A DNA stretch of 63,442 nucleotides, the filler included, from Octopus bimaculoides (taxonomy: Eukaryota): assembly GCF_001194135.2 (NCBI RefSeq). It is 7 parts of 7 records of this genome, joined end to end, with 100 filler letters (N's around TTAATTAATTAA, not from the genome) between each part and the next. Parts side by side here need not be neighbours in the genome. Positions count along the whole stretch, not along the records: positions 21,099 to 33,679 come from NC_068983.1; positions 33,780 to 44,150 come from NC_069004.1; 5 more parts are not named here. One strand, 5' to 3'. Shown piece after piece: positions 22,691-36,700 of this stretch. The notes beneath the pieces were generated by a model. The model saw only the letters and a program-made list of their open reading frames with translations. It did no database searches and was not told the DNA's origin. How positions within the stretch are numbered: position 1 is the first letter of the stretch; each line of letters begins with the position of its first letter. The translations under genes and the position numbers were made by a program.

Positions 22691-23944
22691 CATATGATGC
22701 TCAGTGAATACCATCAAATCGCTGAAATAGCACATTGAATTAAAACTTCCATTCGTGCATCTGACTAAATGTAATGTGTATATATATATATATAGTTAAA
22801 TCCAGTTATAAGTGGTATCTGAGAGAAAACTACTGATTTCACTTCAGTTAAATGACAACTCTAAAGTACGGCGGCACGTATTTCTCGTTCACAGGAATCA
22901 TTGTTGCAACGATGTCCCCCATCGATCGACTACATATTGTGCTTTTAATAAAACTTATTAATGAATACATTTTCTATCAGAACCAATATCATGCAACCCG
23001 GCATATTAAGAACCCGAAAGGCTTACTGCTATATGTATGAATTTAATATTCACTATTTCTTATATATTGGAAGTATAGATATTATTTTCTATTCTCAGCA
23101 CAAGGCTCGGAATTTTGAGTGAGGGGCCAATCCTGATAGGATGAAATGCAAAATCTACCTCGACAGAATATGAAATCAGAACGTAAAAGCAGGGGCAATA
23201 AGCATTTTACCGGGCTTGCTAACCTTTCTGCCAGCTCACCGCCTTATCTAATTATATATATTGCCTCAACAAGTGACAAATTGTTGCATGCATCGACATG
23301 CTCAATGGCGAAATAACTGCATTTTATGTGAGTGAATTCTGCAACGATGCTCATCTCTTTCGGATATGTATTGTGTTGTTAACACTACTTGTCCATGAAG
23401 AGTTTTTGTTTGCGAGAAAGAAAAGCACAGCATCGGGATTTATCAGAGTGCAAATACATTTATTATGTTAGTTGGATTACAATGAGATGTTTTTCCTTTT
23501 TCTTATAATTTTTTTTGAACTTCGACGTGGGTGAACAACCAAAACCTAGCACTCGGGATTCACTGTTCATATTGTACTTTTTACCCTTTCCATTGCTGAA
23601 CACATAGCGTGGCTCGCGAATCTTCCGTTCAGCTGATTTCCTTGAGTCACCATCTCATATTTTTATGCCAATACATCACAATGTTACCCATTTGCGGCTT
23701 AGCTGACTGAAGTAACATATAATGAAGCGTTTTGTTCCAGCTCGTAATGCACAACCGGTCTGGCAATCGAAACCCTGATCTTAAGATCGTGAGTGCAACA
23801 TCCTGACCACTAGAGCACGCGCTTTTAAAATGGCGATAGAAACATATGTGAGTATTTATGTAATTATGTTCTCTTTGTATTTTCAATTTAGAATAAACTT
23901 TGACTGGACAATGTTGTGAAAGGAAGTATCTTGATTTTGTCATC

Positions 23945-24385
23945 GTCTTTAAATCTCAAGGTGATGCAGATTGTTATTGGCCCAGTTAGCGGGATCATTT
24001 TTAGTGTATAAATTAAGGATTTGCATTCTCTGCCCAAAATCAAAGTTTAACCATTCTTTGTAGCAGGTGGGTTCGTATGCATCCTGAAGATCCGATAATT
24101 ATTAGTACGACGCTGAAAATTTATCTTTTGTACTGGATTTGCATAGATTTACTGGATATCCATAGATATCCTTTTTCTTTTATATTATTTAAAACCACAT
24201 TGGTGTCTAGAAAGCAGCTAATTTCCAGAACGGAATATATATATTTTGTTACGGTCCTTTACAACTATGTCTGGCCGGCTGTGCATTAAATTGATAGCTG
24301 TTTCGACCTTTATGTTCCACCAGTATTCTTTTGAAGCATCGGTTTCAATGTAGTCAACTTCTTTAGTCGGTGTTTTATTTTTTGT
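23945..24385 (-). mobile_element. Restriction-like-endonuclease (REL) non-LTR retrotransposon, 3' fragment, degraded
   Basis: EYWWNIKVETAINLMHSRPDIVVKDRNK (RPD motif), LEISC.LDTNV...EK..YG and VVLIIIGSSGCI resemble the PD-(D/E)xK domain of R2/R4/NeSL-type elements; stops and frameshifts. Confidence 0.7.
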
Positions 24386-25229
24386 TATCCTATAATGCAT
24401 GTATGTATGTATGTATGTATGTATGTATGTATGTATGTATGAAGAATATATGTATATATCCATATAATTATGTATGCTAGTATGCAAATGCATAAATATA
24501 TATGCATTTATGTATGTATGCATGTATGTGTATTTGATTATTTGGGGAAAGAGAGAGAACGGGAGAGGACAAACACACTAAGTCAAACTCATTGACCCCA
24601 ATTGTATGTAAATGCATCTATATACAATACAGTCATTGATAATTACCAAATTGCTATTGAAACTATTATTTTCGTCTCCGTATTATCCACCACCTGTTGT
24701 TGTGAAGTAATTTTTTTTTAGTTATATAGCAAGTAACAGGTGAGTGCGCTGCTTCACTGCATCATTCGTCCCGTTACTGACTGTTGGAATTTTCGTAAAT
24801 CTAGAGAGAATTGTCATAAAATAATTTCCGCTTTTATTTGATGTTGGTATCTACATTCCAAACAATACTGCTTTCAAATTTACAGTCTCTCCGAAGATGA
24901 ATGTGCATATGTGCATATGTATATGTATATATCTGCATATAAATATATTATTTATATTATTGTTTAATTGAATGCCACGCGTCTATTTCCAACTATGTTT
25001 ATCTTAATGATTTTGATGCGACTATACTGTAAACTATTTTCTCCCATCCTTCTCTAATTCTCCTTTTTTCCCTTCATCGTTTTTCTCTCTCTCTCTCATC
25101 CTTCCCAGTTTCCCTTTTCTCTCCCTCTCATTGCTCATACTTAACCATCGTCCATCTTTCTTTTCCTCAAGTGAATATATATTTTTCTTGCACGGACGTT
25201 CTAATGACTGGACGTCTTCTACCTCTCTC

Positions 25230-25520
25230 TTCTATCATTTCTATTTTCAAAGAAAATATTTCTTCTAGAGTCCACTATCTTTCCCCACGTTCTGTTCTAA
25301 CGATTCTTCTTGTTTCTGTTCGTATTCTTTGTATATCTCCACTGTCTTGTTTTTGTTCCCAACTTTGACCCTCCATAAAATACTAAATATATTTTGGAAG
25401 TGATGGGAGCAACTGACTACGAAAACTCATATTGCCGTAGAATGCTCGAAATGAGGAATACATAGAGAGCCGACAACTGATGAAGGGTCATTCTTTGTGT
25501 TACTTGTCCTATTTTCAATT
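25230..25520. repeat. Interspersed repeat, copy 1 (inverted homologue at ~31880-32125)
   Basis: Shared segments ACTCATATTG..GAAT..CGAAATGA..GACAA..TGAAGGGTC.TTC..TGT.T.ACTTGTCCT and GGTCAAAGTTGGGA.CAAAAACA.GACAG.GGAGA between the two loci. Confidence 0.75.
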
Positions 25521-25603
25521 TTTCGCTCGCGTTGTTTGAGGATTTAACTCGGTTGTTTTGTATTTCATATTGCTCACAGTTGTTCACGGCCTGTACCCAT
25601 ACA

Positions 25604-25643
<40 letters not shown>

Positions 25644-27691
25644 TACTAACATACGCAGACTGACACACGAATATGTGTATACATAGATATTTGTAGATAT
25701 ATACGCATATATATATATATATATATATACATATATATACACATATATGTGCGTGCGTATATATTTATACATACATACAACCAGACATACATAGATGCAA
25801 ACATACATACCTACATACATATATGTTAATATATATTTATTTCTTTAGAAAATGTATTTTCCAGTTTGTACAGTACAATTATACTGCTACGTTTATTTAT
25901 TTCGTCTTTTGCTTATTTTTTCATTGCTTTAAGCTTTTGGCTTATTTCCAATGCTATTCTTTTTTTATATTAAGCTCTTGTCTACAGTTGTCATCGTCTC
26001 ATTTCCTAATGCATTTGTTGTGATGCTTCTTATTTGACATTTCTCGCTGTTCTTTATCTGTTTATTTAGTATTCTCGATCATGTGTTTTTTTAGTAATCT
26101 GAATAGTTCCCGTTAGCCTATTTTATTCCCGTTTGTTCTAATTCAAGCTGTCACCCTTATTCAAAAGAGGCATTTTATGTATATTAGAACTCACTAAATA
26201 GAAACGGTGTCTTAGAAGAGGGAAATATTAGCATATTCTTTTCGTTTGCCAATTATTGTGATAGTTGCCTAATTATAAGCATTGTAGTTCGTCCTTGTCA
26301 CTTTCCAAATCCTTGCCTTCTCAGTTGTTTACTTTCTTTGCTTCTCGAATTATTTAGTGTATAAAATTCACTGTAGTATCTTCAAAATAGCATCACTTTT
26401 TAGGGGCCAGGGTTTAAGAAGCATGTTCTTTTACCCATACAACTTAATGCAAATTGTGAAGCTATGCAAACTATTACCTAATTTATCTAAGGAGATGAAT
26501 AGCCTATTAATTTCTAATTTATATTCATATTCCTTTTAATCCTATTTCGGTAGAGTATATGTTTCTCCTATAGACAATGCAGAACTTGCGTATGTTTTGT
26601 GTATCTAACTACGAACATTCTGCTATTTTCTCCGATTAACGTGTTGTGCTTCTTAACTAGTAATCACAATGCATTATTTAATTTCTAAAGAAATGTTTAT
26701 GTAAGAGTTAGGCTTTTCATCTGTTGTACTTCCATCTATTTTGTAGAAGACCATTTGTGCAAAAGTAGAAACATCCAACTGTACATGACAAACATTTTAA
26801 TATGGTAATCCATATTTTGTATTTTAAAAATTCATATCAAAATAAATTGTTTCACTTTCTGTTCAGCTTCTCAAAGAATATTGGAGTAAAAAAAAAATTA
26901 ACGAAACAAATATCCATATCACTATACACAGAAAGAAAACCAAGAAACTTTTCAAAAATGTGAATAAGATGTATTATGAAAAACATAGGAAAATATTTCG
27001 AAAAACTTCCAACTTATTAGGTGGTTAGATTCGATCTTGTAACTATATCAGGACAACCTAAAGTATGCTCCACTAGTCCTGCATATCTAACAATCCTAAT
27101 TATCGCTAGATTATTAATCTGATCGTTTTTAGACCATTCATTATAAAATGATGAGATTCGTGACAGAAATGAACAAAGTTGAAATCTTGATTTATTTGCA
27201 ACGAAGCCAAGCATTTTCCATTCGATTTCCATTCTCTGCTCGGCATACACAATGACAGTGATACGCTATATCCCTAGGATATAAAATGAAACACGATATT
27301 TTGAAATACTATCAATCGTGAACGATAAAACATTTCCGTAAATTATTTATGAAGCGGTGTTAGAAGCTTTCAAGCTATGAAAACGAACAAAAGAAAATAA
27401 ATGTAATCGATTAAGAAATGAGGTCACAACCACTCATTTCATGTATCTTAATAAAAACTGGGACATACTGAATTGTTAAACGCCATTTTAAGCACGGAAC
27501 TTTGTCAGTGAACACGTCGCAGTCTCGAAGCGACGACAATATTTTGGTAAATTAAATTTAAATGTTGAAGTGAATCTAACGTTTTTTGTGTGTTTCTTAA
27601 ATGGCTTATAAACACCTTCCACGCTGCAATTGTTTTTGTTGCAGCACACAATCTCAGATCAGGTCACTTGCTACACAAGTACATCTCCGTA

Positions 27692-27723
<32 letters not shown>

Positions 27724-28115
27724 ACGGTGTACATAATGTGGCATAACATTCTTAAATATATCAGTTCATGTACCCTGAAGTGGATTTTTTTCATCTCATA
27801 TTTTTACTCAGGCGGGAAGGCAGTGTCTATCATGTCTACTTGGCGCACATGGCCTGTGGTTGTGAGGCATGATGAATGTCTGCGCATTGGACATCTGACC
27901 TGAATACTTGTAACGGATATAACGATGGTTACGGTGCCAGATTCTATGTGGGTATGTAAAAGGGAACAGGGGTTAAGTATAGCACCCACTTACGGCTCAA
28001 TAGGATTTATAATTGGAAGGCAAAGACTCAGATAACCAAAAAGTTACAAGAATCCGAATCGGACTTATACGATTCATTCAATTTATCACCCTGGGTTGAT
28101 ACTTATATTCTTTTC

Positions 28116-28404
28116 TACTCTAGGTACAAGGCCCGAAATTTTGCGGGACGGGGCCAGTCGATGAGATCGACACCAGTACGCAACAGGCACTTAATTTATT
28201 GACCTCGAAAGGATGAAAGGCAAAGCCGACCTCGGCGGAATTTGAACTCAGACCTGTCTTTATGTTCTGAGTTCAAATTCCGCTGAGGTCGACTTTGTAT
28301 TTCATCTTTTCGGGGTCGATAAATTAAGTACTAGTTGCGTACTGGGATCAGTCTAGTCGACTGGCCCTCTCCTCCAAAATTTCGGGCGACTTGTGCCTAG
28401 AGTA
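28116..28404. mobile_element. Two headless SINE family B copies fused into an inverted repeat
   Basis: Arm 28116-28252 is the reverse complement (with mismatches) of arm 28266-28404; 13-nt spacer. Confidence 0.85.
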
Positions 28405-30929
28405 AAAAAGGATTGATACATATATTATCGACCTCTCGTTAAACTTCAATCACAGAGAATTTAGCAACATTCAAGAGGCATTCTATCCGATGCTGTAAAG
28501 AATGTCAAATCGACGACTTAGCATATTGTGTTATAAACAGGACATTTTTATATCAACAAAACCATAAATGTACCGTTATATTGAGTGCTATCAAAAATAC
28601 AAGTCCACTGATGTACATATATCAATAAGAGAACCATAGAAATTACATAACATATCATATAACTTGTAGATTAATGCATTTTAAAAATATAAGATATAAC
28701 ATACTTCGAAATTATGTTACGTCAGAAAGCATATTAACTTCTTTCGTCAGATGAGTAATATATATTAAGACGTATAACACCAATAATATTTATATGCAAT
28801 ACGATTAATACGATCTTGTATTGATTTAATCTTTTGAAAGTAGTATAGTATATTAAATCGTATTCCGAGACATATATTGCCAAATCGGCGAAACTGGACG
28901 ATTTATTAATAATATCGAAATGTGCACATCCATTTGGACTATGAGATCAGATATGTGTATGAGTGCACGGAATATTACCGGTGTCTGATTAGCTTCATAT
29001 ATTGAATATTCTCCAGGAGATGGACAGAGATGTTCTCTCACTATAGACACGAATGAAAAATACGTGTTCAAAGCGAGTCTCAATCTGCAATATTTTATCA
29101 AATATCTAAATTAATATCTACTTTAGATTGTTATATAAGGTTCCTAGGACAGACACAAGCATGACTTTCAGATCAATGAGTTGACTCTGCCACTTAGTAG
29201 CTTCGAGTTCAGCGTCTTCTACTATGACTCTTGTCCATTCAATACCTTGTGGAAGACTTTGGTAACTGTAAATTATGTACGTATGCATATGTGCGTATGC
29301 GTGTGTGTGTGTGTGTGCGTGTGTGTGTGTGCGAATGTGCGTGTGTATGCGTGCGAACGGGCGAGCGTGTTTATGCGTGTGAGTGTGCGTGTTCATCATT
29401 TTATCTTTGCTTCCTGACTGTTTGAGAGCAGATGTTGGATTGTTTATAACCCTGTTAGCGAGCGGTTCAGCAAAATCGACGAATAAAATAAGTATCAGAT
29501 TTAGAGATTTCTCACTGTATGGAACTGATTGATCAAAATCATACCAGCCCGTGCACCAAGCAGCGTCGCCGCTTTTCAATAACTGCAACGAGTAAATTAT
29601 GAAAGATAAGGAATTTTGAGAAACTAGGACTTAGAAAAGAAGTATCTCAATAACAGTATTTTTACCAAGTATATGTTTATCCAACTAGTGGGTAGCTATA
29701 CCGTCGCTTGCCCTAATATAGTAGATAAGTCTCTCTCATATACACGGGTTAATCTCCTAAATTTAGTTAGTTATATTGGATAGTGTAAAACTGAAAGCAT
29801 ATTTCGTGTAAATAACGGGTGTAGATCTGTTAAATCAGGTTTCGTTTGGGTTTAAGAACAAGAAAGTAAGATATAGTAGCTCTTTCTATTTGAAAGTTTA
29901 TATTTAATGTTGATTTCCAATTTTTGCAGAAGGCCAGCAGTTTTGGGCAAGGGGATAAGTCGATTACATCGACCCCAGTGTTCGAGCGGCACTCATTTTA
30001 GGAAGTCTACTGCGGCGGAATTTGAACTGAGAACGTAATGATAGATGAAATGCTGATAAACGTTTTACCCGACATGCCAAGGATTCTACCAGTTTAGCTC
30101 CTTTACTTCTTTGATACAAATCAATTTCTGATTATATTCCAAACATTTTCAGTACACCTTCCAAAGTAAACTCGTCAATATGTCTTGAGTATCTTAATGT
30201 ACTTTCTATTTCTTCATGCATTTTCTTTAAATAGCTTATATAGTTAAATCTAGCTATATTATAGGCGCAACCACTCCGGAAAGTAGTGAATCAATAATCT
30301 GTATCGTAGTTTGACAATGCAAAAGCATACAGCCAAAATCTTTCTCACTAGAATTTTTGAAAAGAAAGGACGCACGGCAGTTATAGATATATCATTTCTG
30401 AAAAAGCAATTCAAGGTCTCGTTTGGAAGACATCTATCATATATTTCCTTGACAAGGACTTACCTGAGCTTATAGACGACAGGACTTCGAAGATGGAGCA
30501 AACAGTGCACCTAAAAATACTTTACACTGTTAGGAGTTTCAATGACTGATCCAAGGGCGAGCTAGAGTTATATAAATAATTTTATATAATTTATAATATA
30601 ATTAAAATGATAATTTAATATTTAAATTAATTAAAATATAATTAAAATATTTTTAGAATTAAAATATCTATATAAAATATAATTAAAATAATAATTAATA
30701 TTTAAACTGCTATAGTAATAATTTAAGCATGATTTTATATTACAGCTAATCATATATCTGATTCCTGAATTAAATTTTGGTATGAAATATGGGAAGGTGT
30801 GCTATGGTTTTGGAATGTTATGTACACACGCATATTTGCACACACATATGTGTGTGTGTAGATGTATATAATTATGCATATCCATGTGTATCTATCTATC
30901 TATCTATCTATCTATTTATCTATCGTCAA

Positions 30930-31228
30930 ACCGCGTGGCTTAGAGGTTCGGGCATTCGGCTCAGGATCATAAGGTGGTGAGTTCAATTCCCGGCGGCGCG
31001 AGGTGTCTTTGAGCAAGACTTTTTATTTCGCGTTGCTCCAGTCCACTCAACAGGCAAAAATGAGTAGTGCCTGTATTTGAAAGGGCCACCCTTGTCACAC
31101 ATTCAGAGCTACGTTAAGGGCACAGGTGTCTGTGGAGTGCCTAGTCGCTTGCACGTTAATTTCACGAGCAAGCTATTCCGATGATCGTATCAGCTGGGAC
31201 ACTCGTCGTCGTAACCGACGGAGTGCAA
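30930..31228 (+). mobile_element. tRNA-derived SINE with a different head/body but the family A 3' tail
   Basis: Head GTGGCTTAGAGG...GAGTTCAATTCCC, body CTTTGAGCAAGAC, then CACGTTAATTTCACGAGCAAG...CGTAACCGACGGAGTGC shared with family A. Confidence 0.75.
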
Positions 31229-31488
31229 AAACATCACGAAATATCACACAAAAAAACTGCTACTCAAAGTTTCACGTCCCCGTCCATCGCCCAGTTGTAA
31301 TCAAGTTTGATCTCAATTACCCGACGAACAGGAACGTGAGAATCTGAGTAGTAATTTGTTTGTAATGCTTTTGCAGTTTCAATAATAGACTATATTACTC
31401 TACTTCCGGTATTCGACTACTATTTTTGCCACCATGTCTCGCATTTATGCGCTTACTCATGTGTGTGTCAATATATATNNNNNNNNNN

Positions 31489-31519
<31 letters not shown>

Positions 31520-31648
31520 ATGTATGCCTGCATGTATGTATGTGTGTGTATGTGTGTATATATGTATGCATGTATGTTTGCATGTTTGTATGTATACCTG
31601 TATGTATTATTATTTATGCATGTGTGTATGTATATTCACCTTTAAGTG

Positions 31649-31694
<46 letters not shown>

Positions 31695-33315
31695 CCTCTC
31701 TCTCTCTATTTATATACATTTAGTCAAAATTTGGAACATACCATTCAAAATTAAAATTGTTTTTGCCCAAGTACAGATAGACTCAAATATATACGAAGTA
31801 GAGAAATACTTACCTAATAAATGATGCAATGCTTCATTTAGAAGATATTGTACCAAACAACGTGAAAAAAAAAATAGAAAGCAGGACAAGTAAACACAGA
31901 GAACGACCCTTCATATCTTGTCGGTTGTCTATCTACTCATCATTTCGGGGATTCACTGACAATATGAGTCTTTAAAGACAGTTGCTCCCATAAGTTGTAA
32001 AATAAAATTTTGGGATTTATGGATGGTCAAAGTTGGGACCAAAAACAGGACAGAGGAGACATGCAAGGAAACCGAGCGAAACAAACATGAAGGGTCGTTA
32101 GAACTGAACGAGAGGAAAATAGTGAACGCTGGGTAAAAGAAAGATGGTGCAGGAAAAGAAAGATGGTCGCGTGAAGAAAAGAAAGATGGTCGCGTGAAGA
32201 AAAGAAAGATGGATGATGGTAACGTGTGAGTAACGAGAGAGAGAGAGAAAAAAAGAAATAGGGGTAGAGAGAGAGACAGATAGAAACCGGTGAATGGGGG
32301 AAAAGGGAATTAGAGATGGTTGGTTGAAAACAGTATACAGTAGAGCCGCAGACATAGATTAATTGTTAGATTGATAGTTAGATAGATAGAATGATAGATA
32401 GATACATACATACCTACATACACAGACAAACACACGCATTTACATGTCACAAGAAGTTTCCTAGTATTTTTACCGTTTAAGAAAAAATATATATAATTTC
32501 AGTGAGTCCCACAAACATTCTATGTGAAAGACGCAGATTCGTCACGGTTAGACTCTTGAATCAGAGATGATATTCGAGTGAATGTGCAAGTCACAACTGA
32601 CTCAAATAAAGAGCAAGAAAGTTTGTGTGCGTGTGTGTGTAGTCGTGTGTGTGTAGTCGTGTGTGTGTATGCCTGTTCTAGTGTATATATGTAGGAGTGT
32701 GCTTACGTGAGAATGTACGTTTGTGAGTGCTTGTGTGTGTTTTTGTGCGACTGTGTGCATGTGTGTGTGCCCTTATGCTGGTGTTGTTCTTGGTTCCGAC
32801 ATTCGACTATGGAGTGGGAGAAACGCAGCTATGATATATGTCCGTTATAATCGGTGAAAATAACTCATAATTTTATGAGTCATTTTGGCAGCGTAGGAAT
32901 TATGTCTTTGAATATTCTAGACGAAATAACATTTGGCTGACTACAAATTACACGTTAAAGCAATTGTCAGTTGAATGCTTAATTATATGTTCTTCCTCAT
33001 GAAAAAATATGACCGAAACCTGAACCCTTCTCGCTAAATACTCATGTTATTTTTAGCAATTCCCAAAGCGATCATTTTAGTAGGAATGACTCGTGTTTGG
33101 AAAAGTTACGCTAATTGACGAATACAAGCTCTCACGCACACACTCACAGACCAACACGCCACACTATCATCCACTTTCAAATGGATAATCACATACATGG
33201 ACGGACGCACATACAACTATATACATACGCAGATATAACTCACGGAAAAACGTACATCTACTTAACAATCTACAAAAATAGATGGATAGATAGATACATA
33301 GGCAGACAGACAGAC

Positions 33316-33400
<85 letters not shown>

Positions 33401-33404
<4 letters not shown>

Positions 33405-33679
33405 CCTAGTGCCTTCAGTCGCTCCCTGTAGTTCATCTGTTGGACTGTGGCGATCTTTTTTGTATAGTGCCGCTGAATTGCCTCGAGTTCTGCTCTCCGC
33501 TTAACACTGTGTGGTGACCACAACTGAGAGCAATAGTCTAGGGGGCTCAGAACAAATGTCTTCCATAGAGTCAACATGACTTTTTGATCCCTTGTACGGA
33601 ATGTCCTCAGTATCCACCCTGCCAGTTGTCTGCACTTTGCTGTCAACTTGACAATGTGCATGTGAAATGATGCATCACT
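33401..33679 (-). mobile_element. CR1-like LINE ORF2 3' fragment
   Basis: WILRTFRTRDQKVMLTLWKTFVLSPLDYCSQLWSP...LEAIQRHYTKKI...YRERLKALGLY, a typical post-RT CR1/L2-group motif; truncated at a (GATA)n run. Confidence 0.85.
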
Positions 33680-33779
33680 NNNNNNNNNNNNNNNNNNNNN
33701 NNNNNNNNNNNNNNNNNNNNNNNTTAATTAATTAANNNNNNNNNNNNNNNNNNNNNNNNNNNNNNNNNNNNNNNNNNNN

Positions 33780-36700
33780 TCGATGGTCATCCATTCTCCT
33801 GACATGCCCCAGCCACCTCAGTCTTCTCATACACAAGATAGCTGTCATGCTTTGAAGATTCGCCTGCGCCAGCACTTCAACATTGGTGACCTTGTCGTGC
33901 CATATTAGGCCTAAGATCTTGCGGAGGCATCTGAGATGGAAAATGCCGAGGCTTTCCTGTCTGCGGTACAAGGTCCATGTTTCAGATCCATAGAGGAGTA
34001 TTCTGAGAACACATGCTTCATAAATCCTGATNNNNNNNNNNCCAGCCACCTCAGTCTTCTCATACACAAGATAGCTGTCTTGCTTTGAAGATTCGCCTAC
34101 GCCAGCACTTCAACATTGGTGACTTTGTCGCACCATGTGAGGCCTAAGATCTTGCGGAGGCATCTGAGATGGAAAATGCCGAGGCTTTCCTGTCTGCGGT
34201 ACAAGGTCCATGTTTCAGATCCATAGAGGAGTATTCTGAGAACACATGCTTCATAAATCCTGATCTTTGTCTTCATGTCTAATCTCTTGTTTTTCCAAAC
34301 TCGTTTTGTCAGCCTTCCCAAAGTTGTTGCTGCCTTCTCTATCCTGACATTAACCTCATCATCAAGTGAAGTAGTAGAGGAAATGGTAGACCTTAAATAG
34401 CAGAACCTGTCCACTGTCTCAAGCTCTTTGTCATCAAGCTTGATATGGCTTTTCACTGCGCCCTCCCGAGTGAGAACGATTGTCTTCTTTACACTGATGA
34501 CCAAACCGAAGGCCTTGCATGCTGATGATAGATGGTCCATCATTATTTGTAGAGTTAATTCACTGTGAGCAACAAGTGCCGCATCGTCGGCGAAGAGAAA
34601 GTCTCTTATTGTTGCTCTATTGATCTTAGTCTTGGCCTGAAGTCTAGAAAGATCAAAGAGTGACCCACCAGTTCTCCAACAAAGGTAGACATCTCCCAGC
34701 AACTCTTGGAATGCATACTGCAGCAATACAGCAAAGTAAATGCTGAAAAGGGTTGGTGCTAAGACACAACTTTGTTTTACTCCGCTGTTGATGTTGAAGC
34801 TATCTGATATTAAACTGCCAAACTGAATGGTGGCCTTCATGTCATCATGGAACGAAACAATGAGCTGTAGTAGTATTGGGGGACAACCACATTTTCCAAG
34901 CACCATGTATAGTCCTGATCTGCTGACTGTATCAAATGCCTTCGTCAGATCGACAAATGTTATATATAGTGGTAATTGCTGCTCCCGGCATTTTCCTTGT
35001 AGTTGACGAATGGAGATCATATCCATTGTTGAGCGGTTAGATCTAAGACCGCACAGGCTCTCTGGTAGTACTCTTTCTGCTAGCTTCTGAAGTCGTTTCA
35101 GAATGATTCTCGCAAAAGCTTTTCCAGTGATGCTCAGAAGTGAGATACCTTTGTAGTTATTGCAATATCCATTGTCCCCTTTATTTTTGTAGAGAGTGAT
35201 GGTCTTGGGATCTCTCATATCCATTGGAATTTTTACTTCCAACCAACACGTCTTTAGCAACTTGTATAAATATGGAAAGATGGCATCTTTGTTCTCTTTC
35301 AACACTTCAGCAAATATATTGTCATTTCCGGATGCTCTTCCACTTGCAAGTTCATCGATTGTAGTGGAGAGTCCTTCTTCCGTTGGTGGGATATCAAGTT
35401 CTGTCATTTCGGGCAGCTGAGGAATGGCCTCATCAAGCTATCAACATCTCACTCCTTTGTGTACAATTGAGAGTAATTTTCCACCCATCTTTCCATTTGT
35501 TTCTTCTTGTCCGTCAGCTGGTCATCTGTTGCAGACTTGAGAGGTGCCACTTTACTCACTGTTAGTCCGATAGCAACTCCAATCTTCTCATACATTTTCC
35601 TGATATTACCCATGTCACTCGCCTGTTGAATTTCTAAGCATAATTTATCCCAGTACTGGTTGGCACATTTTCTAGTTTCTTTTTGAAGGTTGGATTTTGC
35701 AGCACGTAGCTGTTGCTTTGTACTTTCTGTTGGCTTTCTATTGTGCTTTATGAAGATCTTGCGCTCTTTCTCAAGTAATGGCATAAGTATTGATGCATTG
35801 GCTTCGATACAGTCCTCCTTGGAAAGTCGATCCGTTCCAAAGGCCCTCGACGCAGAACCATATATTGCTGATTTCATGTTGTTCCACATGTGGTCAGGGG
35901 ATATGCTATCTAAGTTTTGGAGCTGTTCTTCAACATATTCTTGAAATTTGGTTCTTATCGCTGGATCTTGGGTGTATTTTGTGTTGGTCTTAGGTTTCTT
36001 TGATTTTTCGGCTCTTGGTGTTTTCTTTGTGACTATCTTTACCTTGGCTATAACCAACAGATGATCTGTATTACAGTCTGCACTTTGAAAGGATCTTGTT
36101 TGCTTCACAGTGTTGACATCATTCTTTCTGACGATGACGAAGTCAATCTTGTGCCAATGACCTGATCTTGGATGGCACCAAGAAACTTTATGCCGGTCTT
36201 TGTCATTATAAAAGGTGTTTGCGATGCACAGGTCATTACTTGTGCAGAATTCTAAGAGTCTCTCGCCATTCTCATTGATTTTCCCCAGTCCAAACTGTCC
36301 AAGGTAGTTGGACGATGCTTAGTGATCAGCGCCTACTCTTGCATTGAAATCGCCCATGAGAAAGAGTTGATCTGCCTTTGGGGCACTGTTGATCACATCC
36401 TGAAGTTCCTCGTAGAACTGATCTTTCTTCTCATTTTCTGCTGTTAGAATCGGGGCATAGGCACTAATGAGATGGGCCCTTGCAGTTTTAGTCCCCACTT
36501 CTATGATAGTGATGCGCTCAGATATGCCTCGAGGAGTACTAATCTTGTTCAGCAATCTGTTGTGTACTGCGAATCCCACACCATGGATTCTCCTCTCATC
36601 TTCCCCAAGCCCCTTCCAGAAGAATGTGTGATTTCTTTCCCTAATGGAACCAGAGTCAGCAAGTCTTGTCTCTTGCAGGGCAGTATGTCTACATTCAGCC

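Noticed and set aside
27017-27250. Short unique ORFs (also 19365-19607, 28853-29101, 11342-11575)
   Set aside because: No recognisable domain and no consistent splice signals; cannot be supported as exons without expression data.
33808-34263. Apparent tandem duplication of the RTE 3' coding segment
   Set aside because: The two near-identical copies are separated by an N gap; most likely a contig overlap or uncollapsed haplotype.
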